This document shows, piece after piece, positions 29,791 to 40,400 of a DNA stretch of 64,000 nt. Positions within the stretch are counted from its first letter, which is position 1. Every line of letters begins with the position of its first letter. The DNA lies in IMG/VR virus record IMGVR_UViG_3300025120_014381, positions 1 to 64,000 of that record, one strand, 5' to 3'. The translations under genes were made by a program, and so were the position numbers. The stretch comes from a virus. The notes beneath the pieces are model-generated. The model had not been told where the DNA came from. It searched no databases and saw only the letters and a list, made by a program, of their open reading frames with translations.

Positions 29791-30060
29791 TTATCCCCTC
29801 CATATCTTTGCAAAATCAATAGCTGACTGGCCGCCGATGTACATCATTGCGATCATGCCCCATGTATCTGCATCTAAGCCGGCATAAACTAAAAGAGCTG
29901 TTGCTGTACCAAATACTAATAACTTGCGAGAAATAATCTTCTCTTGCATGCTATCGAGTATCCCTTTTGTTTTTCGATCCAAATACAAATCTTTCTTGAG
30001 TGCTTCTACTTTCTCAGCAGGTAAATTTTTTACAGCATCTTTTATTTCTTCAATTCCCAT
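29791..30060 (-). CDS. Holin-like small membrane protein
   Basis: SRKLLVF.. two TM ..YIGGQSAID. Confidence 0.55.
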   Translation of the reverse strand: MGIEEIKDAVKNLPAEKVEALKKDLYLDRKTKGILDSMQEKIISRKLLVFGTATALLVYAGLDADTWGMIAMMYIGGQSAIDFAKIWRG

Positions 30061-30074
30061 TTTTAATCCTTACT

Positions 30075-30416
30075 TTACATTTTTTCTAAGCTTTGTATTT
30101 CTTTGTACAATTTTTTAAGTTCTTGGATTGTCGGTAGTTTATCAGCAACTGTTTCACCTTCGTCTAGTTCATCCATTCTTGCTAAAGCATCACCCACCTT
30201 GTAAACAAATTCTGATATACTTCCTAGCGTTGATCTCATTTTTCCTGTCTGATCTTCTGCAATATCTCTTATTGATTTACCTGCTGTCATTATTTTGCCG
30301 CCGGCAGACTTTACTTTTTTTCCTGACTTACTACCAGAAAATTGCGCCATTTCAGAAGCATTTAAAACTTCTTCCATTAAAAGTTTTCTGAGCCTTGATC
30401 TGTTTAATTTTTTCAT
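30075..30416 (-). CDS. Hypothetical protein with leader
   Basis: MKKLNRSRLRKLLMEE (ATG 30416). Confidence 0.7.
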   Translation of the reverse strand: MKKLNRSRLRKLLMEEVLNASEMAQFSGSKSGKKVKSAGGKIMTAGKSIRDIAEDQTGKMRSTLGSISEFVYKVGDALARMDELDEGETVADKLPTIQELKKLYKEIQSLEKM

Positions 30417-30417
30417 A

Positions 30418-30699
30418 TTAATCCTCATCTTCTATCATACTAAATATGCTCTCAACATCTGATTTGCTAAAATTCTTTTTTGCCCGATGCTTCTTTTCTT
30501 CTACAACATCATCAAGAAATTTCATAATTTTATTATCTTCAATCTCAATTCGCTTAGCAAAAGCCTCGATTACTTCTTGCATCGATAAGCTCCGGGCTGT
30601 ACATGCCATTTTTAGCGCTGTGTGACTATCTTTTGTTAGATTGAAGTGAACTGACTTCTTAACCAAGACATCGTATTGTCTAGACATGTCATCCTCCAC
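30418..30699 (-). CDS. Ribbon-helix-helix-like DNA-binding protein
   Basis: KSVHFNLTKDSHTALKMAC....LSMQEVIE. Confidence 0.6.
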   Translation of the reverse strand: MEDDMSRQYDVLVKKSVHFNLTKDSHTALKMACTARSLSMQEVIEAFAKRIEIEDNKIMKFLDDVVEEKKHRAKKNFSKSDVESIFSMIEDED

Positions 30700-31300
30700 T
30701 CATTCCTGCGCCGGCTGGATTAGCGCCAACAGCCAACGGGACATCTTCTGCGTATTTAATGTCAAATTCTTTTGCTGAAATACCGAACTGCTCATCAAGT
30801 ATATCTAGATATCTCACAACAAACTTATCACCATAATTTTCATCAAGGAAGTTTTTAGTTCTATTGATGATTGCAGTTTCAACATCTAATAATTGTCGGT
30901 GGTTCATGATTAATCTTGCAACTTTAATCGTAAATTTGTCGATATCTAAATCAGGAACAGCATCTGCAACTGCAGCCTTTGCAGTTATCGCTTCTGATCC
31001 TGTTGGACTAGTCTCTTCTTCAGGCGCTTCATCTCCAGATTCATCTGCATCTGCGGGTTCATCCTCTTGTTCGAAAAGAAACTGAAGTGAAGTTTTATTT
31101 AAAGACTCCATTATTTTATCATCTTCATTTCGAATAGTTCTCTTTTCGTACATTAATATTAAAGAATCAATTTGATCATCAACAGAATCATCTGCTTTTC
31201 TTGCCTTAGTATTCGAGTTAGCAGTTACGCCAGCCTCAGGTGCATCTCCTAAGTCTTCTTCTTGTTGCTCAAAAATCAATTTATAAAGTTTTTCTTTCAT
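30689..31300 (-). CDS. Acidic hypothetical protein
   Basis: LIFEQ/LFEQ sites; DSVDDQIDSLI. Confidence 0.65.
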   Translation of the reverse strand: MKEKLYKLIFEQQEEDLGDAPEAGVTANSNTKARKADDSVDDQIDSLILMYEKRTIRNEDDKIMESLNKTSLQFLFEQEDEPADADESGDEAPEEETSPTGSEAITAKAAVADAVPDLDIDKFTIKVARLIMNHRQLLDVETAIINRTKNFLDENYGDKFVVRYLDILDEQFGISAKEFDIKYAEDVPLAVGANPAGAGMSGG

Positions 31301-31301
31301 T

Positions 31302-31979
31302 TTAACTCCTCAGAATCTGGATCATTTTGTCAGCTTTTACGACGCGTTCTTCGATCACAGGCCAACGTAATAATTTCATCATTGCTCTAGCGTAAGTGCT
31401 AACGTCTTTTAAGTAATCACGATAATATGCATGCTGCCATGCATCCATTACGATGATAGGATACGATCCAAAAGGAATGTTGTTTGAATGTAGATCAACG
31501 ACGGCGTTCATGTAAGTTTGTGTGAACGTGTTTAAATAAGTTATCGCCCAACCACATTGAGAGGCTGCTGCGCATGCTAAAAAATCTTTTTGCCAAGCGT
31601 CAAAACTCCCAAAGTCTCGTGCTAAGCGCATATAAGAAAGAGAGTCCATTTTAATTTCAGAATTTGGATCACCAACATTAGCGAAATATAATTCGTGTAA
31701 GTATACACCATTCATATTAAAAGTCTCATCTAATTTTAAAGATCTAAATTGTGAATGATTACAGTTCACATTTTGTTTATCAACAGTGTCAAGTTTGGCA
31801 CTGACTTCATTAAAGTTTTTAAGATACCCTTGGTAGAGTTCAATGTGATTTTGGTAATTGTCATTACTTAAAAATTCTGAATTAAAACTAAACTTTTTTT
31901 CTTGTGCTGACAAAGCTTCATCAATTCTTAGCGAGTCGCGTATAACTGATTTAATTTTTCCATTAAATAATTTTTCCAT
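31302..31979 (-). CDS. Fe/Mn superoxide dismutase family protein
   Basis: H..LY.GY, LHELYF, DFGSFDAW, GW, DAWQHAYYRDY. Confidence 0.88.
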   Translation of the reverse strand: MEKLFNGKIKSVIRDSLRIDEALSAQEKKFSFNSEFLSNDNYQNHIELYQGYLKNFNEVSAKLDTVDKQNVNCNHSQFRSLKLDETFNMNGVYLHELYFANVGDPNSEIKMDSLSYMRLARDFGSFDAWQKDFLACAAASQCGWAITYLNTFTQTYMNAVVDLHSNNIPFGSYPIIVMDAWQHAYYRDYLKDVSTYARAMMKLLRWPVIEERVVKADKMIQILRS

Positions 31980-31982
31980 TTT

Positions 31983-32222
31983 TTACACCGTTTCGTATTC
32001 TTTAAAGTCAGACATAGGTATTTCTACATAAACTTTCTTTTTTGACATAGGGTTGCTATAATATCGATATGCAACAATTAAGGGTTCCTTACCATTAATT
32101 ACAATTTTTTGAATAGTATATTCAATTTTTGTAGGTTTGTGTCTTATTAACAAAGACTTTGACAACATATTGATTATCTTGCCCTTCTTCTTTTTAATAC
32201 CTTTTTTTAAATTCTCTTGCAA
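31983..32222 (-). CDS. Small hypothetical protein
   Basis: TTG start with GGAG RBS. Confidence 0.55.
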   Translation of the reverse strand: MQENLKKGIKKKKGKIINMLSKSLLIRHKPTKIEYTIQKIVINGKEPLIVAYRYYSNPMSKKKVYVEIPMSDFKEYETV

Positions 32223-32261
32223 GACAAACTCCGCTGTACAATTTAATTATCAATTTCTCAT

Positions 32262-32687
32262 TTAATTATCAACTAATTTTATAACTGTGACATTACATTC
32301 GTTCAATATATCAACGCCAGACATGTCTGGTTTATAATCATTAATGTACAACACCTGTTCTATTCCAGAGTTAACAATACATTTTGCACAGACAGGACAA
32401 GGAGCGTGAGTTAGATACATCTTTTTTGGTTTAGGGTTGTTAAAGTCACATTTAATTAATGCATTAACCTCTGCGTGTATAAAACCACTTTTGCCTGTCT
32501 CCAGAGAATCCCTGCAGTTTGGTCCTCCTTTCTGGTCGCCATTATAACCTAACGCTAGTACTTGTGTATTGTCATTAGTAACAATGACTGCGCCTACTTG
32601 AAATTTCGGATCAGGAGAGCGTTTTGCAATATCTAAGGCAAATCTTTGCCAGATACTGTTCCACTCCGGTCTATCGTTTACTTTCAT
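32262..32687 (-). CDS. dCMP deaminase (ComEB family)
   Basis: RS.D...QVGAVIV, GYNG, HAEVNA, PCPVCAK. Confidence 0.92.
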   Translation of the reverse strand: MKVNDRPEWNSIWQRFALDIAKRSPDPKFQVGAVIVTNDNTQVLALGYNGDQKGGPNCRDSLETGKSGFIHAEVNALIKCDFNNPKPKKMYLTHAPCPVCAKCIVNSGIEQVLYINDYKPDMSGVDILNECNVTVIKLVDN

Positions 32688-32823
32688 TTTTTTCACAAAT
32701 AATTCTTCTCATGATTGTCTTCGCGGTGGCATAATTGTAGCAAGGAATAACGTCGTCTTCAGAAATAACAACTTCATATTTACCATAAAACTTAATAGAA
32801 TCTCTTATGTATGGATATATCAT
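32671..32823 (-). CDS. 50-aa hypothetical protein (below ORF-track cutoff)
   Basis: Manual translation MIYPYIRDSIKFYGKYEVV...KR*; fills the gap between DHH and deaminase genes. Confidence 0.5.
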   Translation of the reverse strand: MIYPYIRDSIKFYGKYEVVISEDDVIPCYNYATAKTIMRRIICEKNESKR

Positions 32824-32826
32824 AGT

Positions 32827-33663
32827 TTAAACTTTGTCAAAAAGATCTTCGATATTGAAATCTCCAGGCAGTACAAACCCAGCTGCTTTTTTATGTCCAC
32901 CACCACCATATTCTTTAGAAACTTCAGAGACGTCAATCTTATCGTGGAAAGCACGAAGACTAACTTTTATAATTTTTTCGTTATGATCGTAGTACCAGAT
33001 CATTGCAAAGTCACAGTCAGGTGCCAATCGTGCACCTATTTCAGACATCCAATGAGAAGAGTTAACAACTAAAACGTTTTTACTATTTATTTTCCTAGCA
33101 GCAGCTTTGTCACACACTTTCTTAACTACAGTTTTTGAATAAGCTAATATATAGCTGCCTCTTTTAACAGCATCATCAAACACAGAATCATCCTCAAACT
33201 TTTCAAATTCTTCAAAGTCGTGAGGCACCATGTCAAACGCCGCGCTGAATTCTTTTGAATAAGGTAGTTCCCAACGCCATAAGTCTCTATCTGTAATATA
33301 CTGGATAAACTTTGGTGACTCTTTACCTGGGTGGAAAAATTCCCAAGACAATGTTGCACCAGACTTATTCATATCAAATATTGTATTTGATATATCATGC
33401 AATTCGACAACTGCTGACTTGTGATGATCAATAACTAAAAGTTCGTTTGCATCTTTAATCATTTGTTTTGTTGTCGCATTATTAAAAGAAAAGTCTAGTA
33501 TAACAACATTCTTTCCTTTTACGTCAGGGGGATTAGTTCCGTGCTTGCAAGCGTAGTACTCAGCACGATTACCTAATAGTTTCCAAGCTGAATAAGCTGA
33601 TCCGAAACCATCAGTGCAATCGGCATGATATATTACAACGTTAACACTCGAAGGTTCTAACAT
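32827..33663 (-). CDS. DHH/DHHA1 phosphoesterase
   Basis: YHADCTDG, IDHH, SLR, GGGGHKKAAGF. Confidence 0.9.
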   Translation of the reverse strand: MLEPSSVNVVIYHADCTDGFGSAYSAWKLLGNRAEYYACKHGTNPPDVKGKNVVILDFSFNNATTKQMIKDANELLVIDHHKSAVVELHDISNTIFDMNKSGATLSWEFFHPGKESPKFIQYITDRDLWRWELPYSKEFSAAFDMVPHDFEEFEKFEDDSVFDDAVKRGSYILAYSKTVVKKVCDKAAARKINSKNVLVVNSSHWMSEIGARLAPDCDFAMIWYYDHNEKIIKVSLRAFHDKIDVSEVSKEYGGGGHKKAAGFVLPGDFNIEDLFDKV

Positions 33664-33676
33664 ACGTCTCTCCTAA

Positions 33677-34258
33677 TTACTCACGCATATAATTATGATG
33701 TTCTTGACATCTTGGTTCGTAAAGTTCTGCACCACCTACTTGAATTTGTTCTACTGATGGATCAGATTCAAAAGGTTCTACTTGTTTTACATTTGATTTT
33801 ATGTATGTGTATCTTGCATCTTTTTGGCAAACGCTGCATACAGACTTACACTTTATTATTCTTGTACAAAAAGGCATTAGGTCTTTGACTTCTTTAAAAG
33901 GCTCTCCGGCAAAAGACAGGTCTATTGAAGATACTACCACGTCATATCCTTTCTTGTATAAGGTTAAACATGCGGCGGCGCCACCCTCAATTAAAAATAA
34001 TTCGTCTATCAAAACGCAATCAACCTCTTTTTGCTCTGCAATCTTTTTAATTATCTCTTCACCAGTAGAAACTAAATGCGCTGGAATTTTATTGAAGTTA
34101 TGTGTAACTATCTCGCCAACTTGCGAGTATCTATCATCAAGGCTAGACTTGAATGCGATAACCTTCTGCTTTTGATAGTATCTTTTGTCAGCTTGCATCA
34201 ACAACTTTGTTGTTTTTGAACTAAACATAGGGCCGGTGTATAGTATTAAATCAGCCAT
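33677..34258 (-). CDS. tdk: Thymidine kinase (type II)
   Basis: GPMFSSKTT, IDE, CSVC, VGG.ELYEPRC..H. Confidence 0.9.
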   Translation of the reverse strand: MADLILYTGPMFSSKTTKLLMQADKRYYQKQKVIAFKSSLDDRYSQVGEIVTHNFNKIPAHLVSTGEEIIKKIAEQKEVDCVLIDELFLIEGGAAACLTLYKKGYDVVVSSIDLSFAGEPFKEVKDLMPFCTRIIKCKSVCSVCQKDARYTYIKSNVKQVEPFESDPSVEQIQVGGAELYEPRCQEHHNYMRE

Positions 34259-35261
34259 CTCTCAGTCCCCACCACTGGATTGTGAGCTCTAAACCTTCCC
34301 AAAATTTTACTAGAGGTTCATAGCCAAAATCATTCTTAGCTTTAGAGACGTCTGCTTGTGTGTGCATGACGTCGCCTGGGCGCCAATCAGCATGTCTAAT
34401 CGTGCTATTGAATTCTGAGACGAAATAATCCAACACCTCTTTATTGGAGACCTTGTTGTTACACGCGATATTATAACAGTCTCCAGCAAAAGGACCTTTA
34501 GCATTTGCTGATAAAATGTTTGCTGAAACTACATTATCAATATAACACATATCGCGTGTCTGGCTTCCGTCTCCATCAGAACGACACTCAAGATTGTTTT
34601 TAGTTGCGTGACACCAAGCAGAAACGGCTGTTGAATATGGGCTGTCTCCGTACTGACCTGGCCCAAAAACATTAAAATATCTCAAGCAAACAATATCAAG
34701 CTTGTACAAGTGCCAGCACATCTTTGCAAATTCTTCTATCGATGACTTTTGCCATGCATAAGGTGACTTAGGATCTTTAGAAGCAGTTTCTTTTGTCGGT
34801 AGTTCAATGGCACCTCCATAAACAGAAGAGGAGGAGGCCCAAACAATCCTATCAACAGCACCACTGGCTGCCTCAAATAGTTTTACTGTTTTTGCTATGT
34901 TAACTTCTGTAGTATACCAAGGTTGTTCAACTGAGTAACTGACTCTTGGTACTGCTGCCTGGTGAAAAATAACATCGTAACATCCTTGATATACAGCATT
35001 CAACACATTATCGTCCGCAAAATCATCTTGTATCACTAACACTTCATCACTTTTTCTTTTTTGATCTTCAGGGATTTGCATCATGTAAATTGTATAAAAT
35101 GAGCCGTTTGGTAAAACTCTAATATTTACCCCTTCCAACAATTCTAAATGGCCGTTTGACATGTCATCAACAATGTCAACTTGCCAACCTTGTTTTACCA
35201 GCTCTTTTGTGAGGTTGCTTCCAATAAAACCACAACCTCCTGTCACTAGTGCTTTTTTCAT
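34251..35261 (-). CDS. NAD-dependent NDP-sugar epimerase/dehydratase (extended SDR)
   Basis: TGGCGFIGS, HQAA, SSSSVYG, YAWQK, RYFNVFGP. Confidence 0.92.
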   Translation of the reverse strand: MKKALVTGGCGFIGSNLTKELVKQGWQVDIVDDMSNGHLELLEGVNIRVLPNGSFYTIYMMQIPEDQKRKSDEVLVIQDDFADDNVLNAVYQGCYDVIFHQAAVPRVSYSVEQPWYTTEVNIAKTVKLFEAASGAVDRIVWASSSSVYGGAIELPTKETASKDPKSPYAWQKSSIEEFAKMCWHLYKLDIVCLRYFNVFGPGQYGDSPYSTAVSAWCHATKNNLECRSDGDGSQTRDMCYIDNVVSANILSANAKGPFAGDCYNIACNNKVSNKEVLDYFVSEFNSTIRHADWRPGDVMHTQADVSKAKNDFGYEPLVKFWEGLELTIQWWGLRDG

Positions 35262-35281
35262 ATAAACTCCTTAACATAGAT

Positions 35282-35310
35282 ATTATATCTTACAATATTG
35301 AGATTTATAA
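35282..35310 (-). promoter_or_regulatory. Promoter TTATAA-N17-TATAAT
   Basis: Variant of the recurrent motif upstream of the epimerase. Confidence 0.5.
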
Positions 35311-35856
35311 TACTACTTCAATATCACTTGTGTCTATATCGAATTCATTGAATATTACATCTTGGCCGCCTAATTCTTTAATTTCCATGAGAAACCAAAA
35401 GCCTGCGATGTTTCCCTCTAACTCTTCAACAATATTTGCAACAGCAACGGCAGTACCTCCCGTTGCTAGCACATCATCAACAATCAAAACGTTATCTTCA
35501 CGCGTAATATCTTCTTCATGAATTTCTATCGTAGCTGATCCATATTCTAACTTATAAGTTTGGTGTGCAGTTTTGCGTGGTAGCTTTCCTGCTTTCCTTG
35601 CTAGCACCATAGGTAAACCGGTTTCATATGCGAGAATTGTTCCAAAAAGAAAACCTCGTGAATCTATCGCTACAATCTTATTAACCATACCTTCACGTTT
35701 AATTTTTCTAACGTAATGCGTCATTAAGTTTCTAAACTCTGTCTGATCTTGAAAAAGAGGTGTGATATCTTTAAACGTCACGTTCTTTTTTGGAAAATCA
35801 GGTACATCAATAATTAATTTTTTAATTCTTTCTAACATGAATTTGTGTTCACTCAT
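35305..35856 (-). CDS. apt: Adenine phosphoribosyltransferase
   Basis: PDFPK..V.FKDITP, SRGF, RKAGKLP, LEYG, VDDVLATGGT; start revised to 35856. Confidence 0.92.
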   Translation of the reverse strand: MSEHKFMLERIKKLIIDVPDFPKKNVTFKDITPLFQDQTEFRNLMTHYVRKIKREGMVNKIVAIDSRGFLFGTILAYETGLPMVLARKAGKLPRKTAHQTYKLEYGSATIEIHEEDITREDNVLIVDDVLATGGTAVAVANIVEELEGNIAGFWFLMEIKELGGQDVIFNEFDIDTSDIEVVL

Positions 35857-36316
35857 TTTTTCTTTCCTTCCATATGTCATTTTTATTTTTTCTTTCAAAA
35901 AAGCTAACATTGACTTTTTTCTCTTCATCATTAAGCGTGTAAGATGCAATTAATCCAGCATGACTAATTACACTTAAGTTAGTTATAACAAACTTTCCAC
36001 AGCTAATTTCTATTATCTCGCCTATATTGATCGGATAACCAAAGGCAGTTGTGAAAAATGTATTTTTGTTTATTTCAATTAGTGTGCTTGTTTTCTCTTC
36101 GTATCTAAATAGTCTTCTTTTATCATAGTGGCGTTTTCTTAGTGTCTTCCACCTAAACGAACTACTAATTGATGATTCCATTTTAGGAAATGCTTGTTTA
36201 AAGATATGTTTTCTCCTTTGGCAACCGTGACTAGGAGGTCCCCAAATGACATAGTCAGGAAAACAAATTTCATCTTTAAGAAAAATGCATTCAAAAATAT
36301 TTTTATCTTTTATCAT
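35849..36316 (-). CDS. Hypothetical protein
   Basis: ORF track; ATGA overlap with the upstream gene at 36316. Confidence 0.55.
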   Translation of the reverse strand: MIKDKNIFECIFLKDEICFPDYVIWGPPSHGCQRRKHIFKQAFPKMESSISSSFRWKTLRKRHYDKRRLFRYEEKTSTLIEINKNTFFTTAFGYPINIGEIIEISCGKFVITNLSVISHAGLIASYTLNDEEKKVNVSFFERKNKNDIWKERKNE

Positions 36317-37233
36317 ATAACATGTCCTGAGCCTACCGTGAATTCCATTTTGCAATAATTACCTTCACGGTCACATTTAAAATACCTAAATACTTCTGCT
36401 GTTAAATACTTCAGGAAGTTTAGATCGTAATGCACTGTATCTTTTGCATTAGAAGACCGTAGGTAAAAACGTGCATCCATGTGATCGTCGCGGATTAAAA
36501 AGTGACATGTGGCAATGCAACTACTGTCTGTGTATATGAAGCGACGTGAGTTTATTGTTTCTTTGCGTTCGTAAGGATTTTTTCCTGCTAGCTCGTCTTT
36601 GATTGTTTTAAATACTGAGGCCTCGATTCTTTCGTAATAATCTTTCTCTTTTTCATAAACTAACATTTCTTCGTTAATGTCAGAAAAATCACCTGTGTCA
36701 TAGTGCACAAAGTTAAAACCCACTACCTCTTGTAATTGGTTTGCAGATGATGTACCTAGTGTTTGCAACATAGCGTCCCGCAGATGATGCGCAGAGTTTC
36801 TTTCGAATGATCGATACTGGTTAACCAGGCTTTTAACGAGAGGTTCATCCACAACACTTCTTATTATAGTTACGTTGGCGTGGTACTGGAATTCTTCTAC
36901 AGCTTCAGAGAAAAGATTATGTAGTTTACGCAGACTAGCAAGATTTTGAATTGGGTCGCCACGCTTTGAAAATCTATCAACAATAACCTCCCAGTCAGGC
37001 AAGCAAATAATTAGCTGGTTGTTAAGATTAAACAGTTCACGTTTTAATTGTTCAACGTGGTTGAAAGTATTTCGGCCATAGTATTTTGCATGGATCAGCA
37101 TAGACAAAGCTGATCGATCTTGGATGTTCCATTGATAATTTGATTGTTCGTGTATCATCTCGTATAAAGTTGTTTTTCCGGAACAATCAGGACCTTCAAT
37201 AAAAATGTAATTAATTGGTGTTGAGTAACTCAT
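36313..37233 (-). CDS. dNMP (thymidylate-type) kinase fused to a minimal thymidylate-synthase-like domain
   Basis: IEGPDCSGKTT and DR motif; C-terminal SC-x19-RSSN...HYD...VGSGHV matches ThyA core spacing. Confidence 0.8.
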   Translation of the reverse strand: MSYSTPINYIFIEGPDCSGKTTLYEMIHEQSNYQWNIQDRSALSMLIHAKYYGRNTFNHVEQLKRELFNLNNQLIICLPDWEVIVDRFSKRGDPIQNLASLRKLHNLFSEAVEEFQYHANVTIIRSVVDEPLVKSLVNQYRSFERNSAHHLRDAMLQTLGTSSANQLQEVVGFNFVHYDTGDFSDINEEMLVYEKEKDYYERIEASVFKTIKDELAGKNPYERKETINSRRFIYTDSSCIATCHFLIRDDHMDARFYLRSSNAKDTVHYDLNFLKYLTAEVFRYFKCDREGNYCKMEFTVGSGHVI

Positions 37234-37462
37234 CTTCTATTTCCTCTATTTTTGCAATAAATAAGTTTTCGTGTTCTTTGATTTTTCCGTTATAAAAGAC
37301 AGAATAAAAATTGTTTCTAAGTTTAAGTGGATTTCTTTTTACGACAATACCGTAAGCGTGATCAAATCCGGCTTTGTCATGGAAGGGAACTACACAAAGC
37401 TCGCCTATCTCAAATTTTTTATCTTCAGGTGTTGTAAATATATTCATGTCAATCTGTGACAA
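37211..37462 (-). CDS. Small SH3/KOW-like hypothetical protein
   Basis: FEIGELC...GIVV...YSVFY. Confidence 0.55.
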   Translation of the reverse strand: MSQIDMNIFTTPEDKKFEIGELCVVPFHDKAGFDHAYGIVVKRNPLKLRNNFYSVFYNGKIKEHENLFIAKIEEIEDELLNTN

Positions 37463-40400
37463 GAGGTCTTACTTTTGCTACACTTGTTGATGCACCCCAG
37501 TTTGGATCATTAGAAGCTTGCACTAACCAGATTGAATATGGCACCATGGATGACGGTTTATTACCCCACATTCTTAACCAACCTGTGTTATTTTCATAAT
37601 CAGTAATCTTGAGTCGATAAAACGTCTTCTTATTCTTAGTTGTCTTTTTAATCATTTCAACGATACAACACCAAGCAATACCTTTTTCGCCCGGCTCCAT
37701 ATTTAATACAGACTTAACGTTAGCACTTTTAATCTTTTCCATCATATCATCAGGGAATGCTAAATCATCACGAGTTGCTGAACACAAGTCCTGATACATT
37801 GTCAGTTTGTCAATTCGACCCCAGTCCTCAATGTCTTTAGTTTGTTCGATCAAGATAGGCAACATTTCAGGAGCATTTTCTTTCTTTGCCTTGCGCATTG
37901 TCATACCCCACTTGCTTTTCTTTAATGCGTTGTAATTCTCAATGATAATATTATAAAGCTGATTGTGATTATCAATAGTGCCGTCCCACATCTCTTGTAG
38001 TCCGTTAAATGCTTCGACTTTGCATAGTGAAGCAAATCCTGTTTTATTGAGTTTAGAATGGCGCCATTTACCTGTTTCATCAAATAATATATCAGCAACT
38101 GATTCATATGGTCTATTTTGCATGATTTCAACAACAGCAGTTTTACCTACACCCTTAATGGAAGTTAAAGGAGGAATAAATGCTTTTTTATTGTCTGACC
38201 ATTGCCAATACGTACCTGATTCATTTACATCCGGTAATTCAATACGATAACCCATTTCTTTAATTTCAGCAATTGCTTTTGATAATGCATTTGGGTTATT
38301 GTTTTCAGATTCAAGAATCGTCCCCAACCAATCAGTTTCATAGTATGTGTGAAGCCAAGCAGCGTAATAAGAGCCAATGGCGTAAGCAACAGCATGTGAT
38401 TTATTAAAGCCATACACAGAGAAGAATTCAATACGTTCCCACAGCTCTTGTGAGATATGCTCAGGTACTCCATTGATTTCTTTTGCACCGTTGACAAATC
38501 TTGAGCGCGCTTCTTCACGCTCACCACCTTTATTACCCATGGTATCAAGCGACTTCTTAACTAATGTTTTGCGGAGTTTATCTGACTCAGCAGGTGTAAA
38601 GCCACCAAGTTTCTGTGCAAGAAGCATAAATTGTTCTTGGAAAGTTACGTGACCAAATGTGGGGCCGAGTATTTCTTTAATAATAGGATGTGCATAATGT
38701 ATTTCATCAGAGCGAAGCTTGTCTTTAACATACTTCTTATGAACATTGGCGCGTAGAGGACCAGGTCGATATATCGCGGTCAATGCTGCGAGTTCGATAA
38801 TTGTTGTTGGTTTAGCATCCTCACAGAATCGACGCGCGCCTTCAGCAGTGAATTGGAATACACCGGTCTTGCGACGTTGATGATAAACATGTTTCCAAAC
38901 TGTATCATCATCTTGCTCGACATAGCGACAATTAAGGTGCTTGTCAAACCAATCACGTATTTCGAGAAAGGTAGGTTCAGTGCCCGTTTCACGAGTGATA
39001 ATGCGCTTGATACAGTTTTCTACGTCTTTAAGGAGTGTTAGCCCAAGAAAGTCAAACTTAATAAAACCGTTATCCTCAAGATTACGAAAGTTCATCCCTT
39101 CAGTCCAAGGGGTTTGCAGTTCACCACGTACACCAATAATGGGCATTGATTGTTCTAGTGCTTCAGGAGGGCCAATAATAACACCACCCGCATGGCGACC
39201 AATAGATCTATTTTGCATAAAGAGTGCTTCGATATGATCCTTCACTTTTGGATACTTTTCCATAAACTCGCGATAACCTTTTGAATAATTCATACAGTCT
39301 TCATGTTTGAGAACAAATACAGACTTCTCGGTATTTTCATCACGAGCCTGGGACATTACATCGTCTTGCAGTGGACCAGTCATTTTGTTTACTTCAGCAA
39401 AATCAACTTCATAGAACTTAGCAATATCCTTTACTAGTGACTTTAACTTAAGTGTGTTAAAGTTGGATACTGGGATTACAGCCTGATCACCGTATAGTTC
39501 ACGTGCTGCATCAATCAAGGCATCACGATTACCAGCATCAGAATCAATGTCCGGCCAAGACGTACGATGGCGCCCAAGAAATCGTTCCCATAGCAAGTCG
39601 TATTTAAGTGGGTCGACTTGGGTGATACCTAACAAGTAGTTTACAAGTGAACCGCCACCAGAACCGCGTGCAGGACCAAACAGTGTATGATCTGCTGCTT
39701 TGTGAAACACTTCATACATTACTAGGAAGTAGTTTTCGAACCCGAGGTATTTAATGTCATCGAGTTCGTGCTTCGCCCGGGCAACGTATTCGGTATTGGT
39801 ATGAAGTCCTTCTTTAATGAGCGCTGCTTTGACCTTTTTTGCAAGTTGTTGAAAAGCAGTTTCGTTAGGCTTATTGAAATCGGGAAGCTTAACGCTAGTA
39901 TCAATCCAACAATCTTCACACTTTTCCCACGCAATGTCATGGGTGATTTCAATTGATCGTTTAATCTTTTCTTCATAGCCCTGGTAAGTATCTTTGTACT
40001 CGTCATAATGACGCGTAAATTCATTCCACATCTGACTAGCGTTTTTCGGGTATAATTCACACTTTAAGTCTTCAAACTCTGGTAGTGGAGAGGGATCGTT
40101 ACCCATCCAACCTAGTTTTTTGTAAAGCTCGCGAGCTTCCCACTTATCCGGTGAATAGTAATGAGAATCAGGTGTAGCAATTAACTGCAATCCTGTTGCA
40201 TCTGAATGCCGAAGTAGATGGTGATTTACTAAATGTTGTTGCTTAAGACGATTAAACTGTATTTCTAGATAGAAATTATCTTCACCAACTGCATCAACAA
40301 ATCGATCAGATAAATACATTAACTCCTGCTGGATTTTTTCATCACCTAGTTTTAGTGCATTACCACGCATAATTCTATTTGAAAAGATACCGCCTAGACA

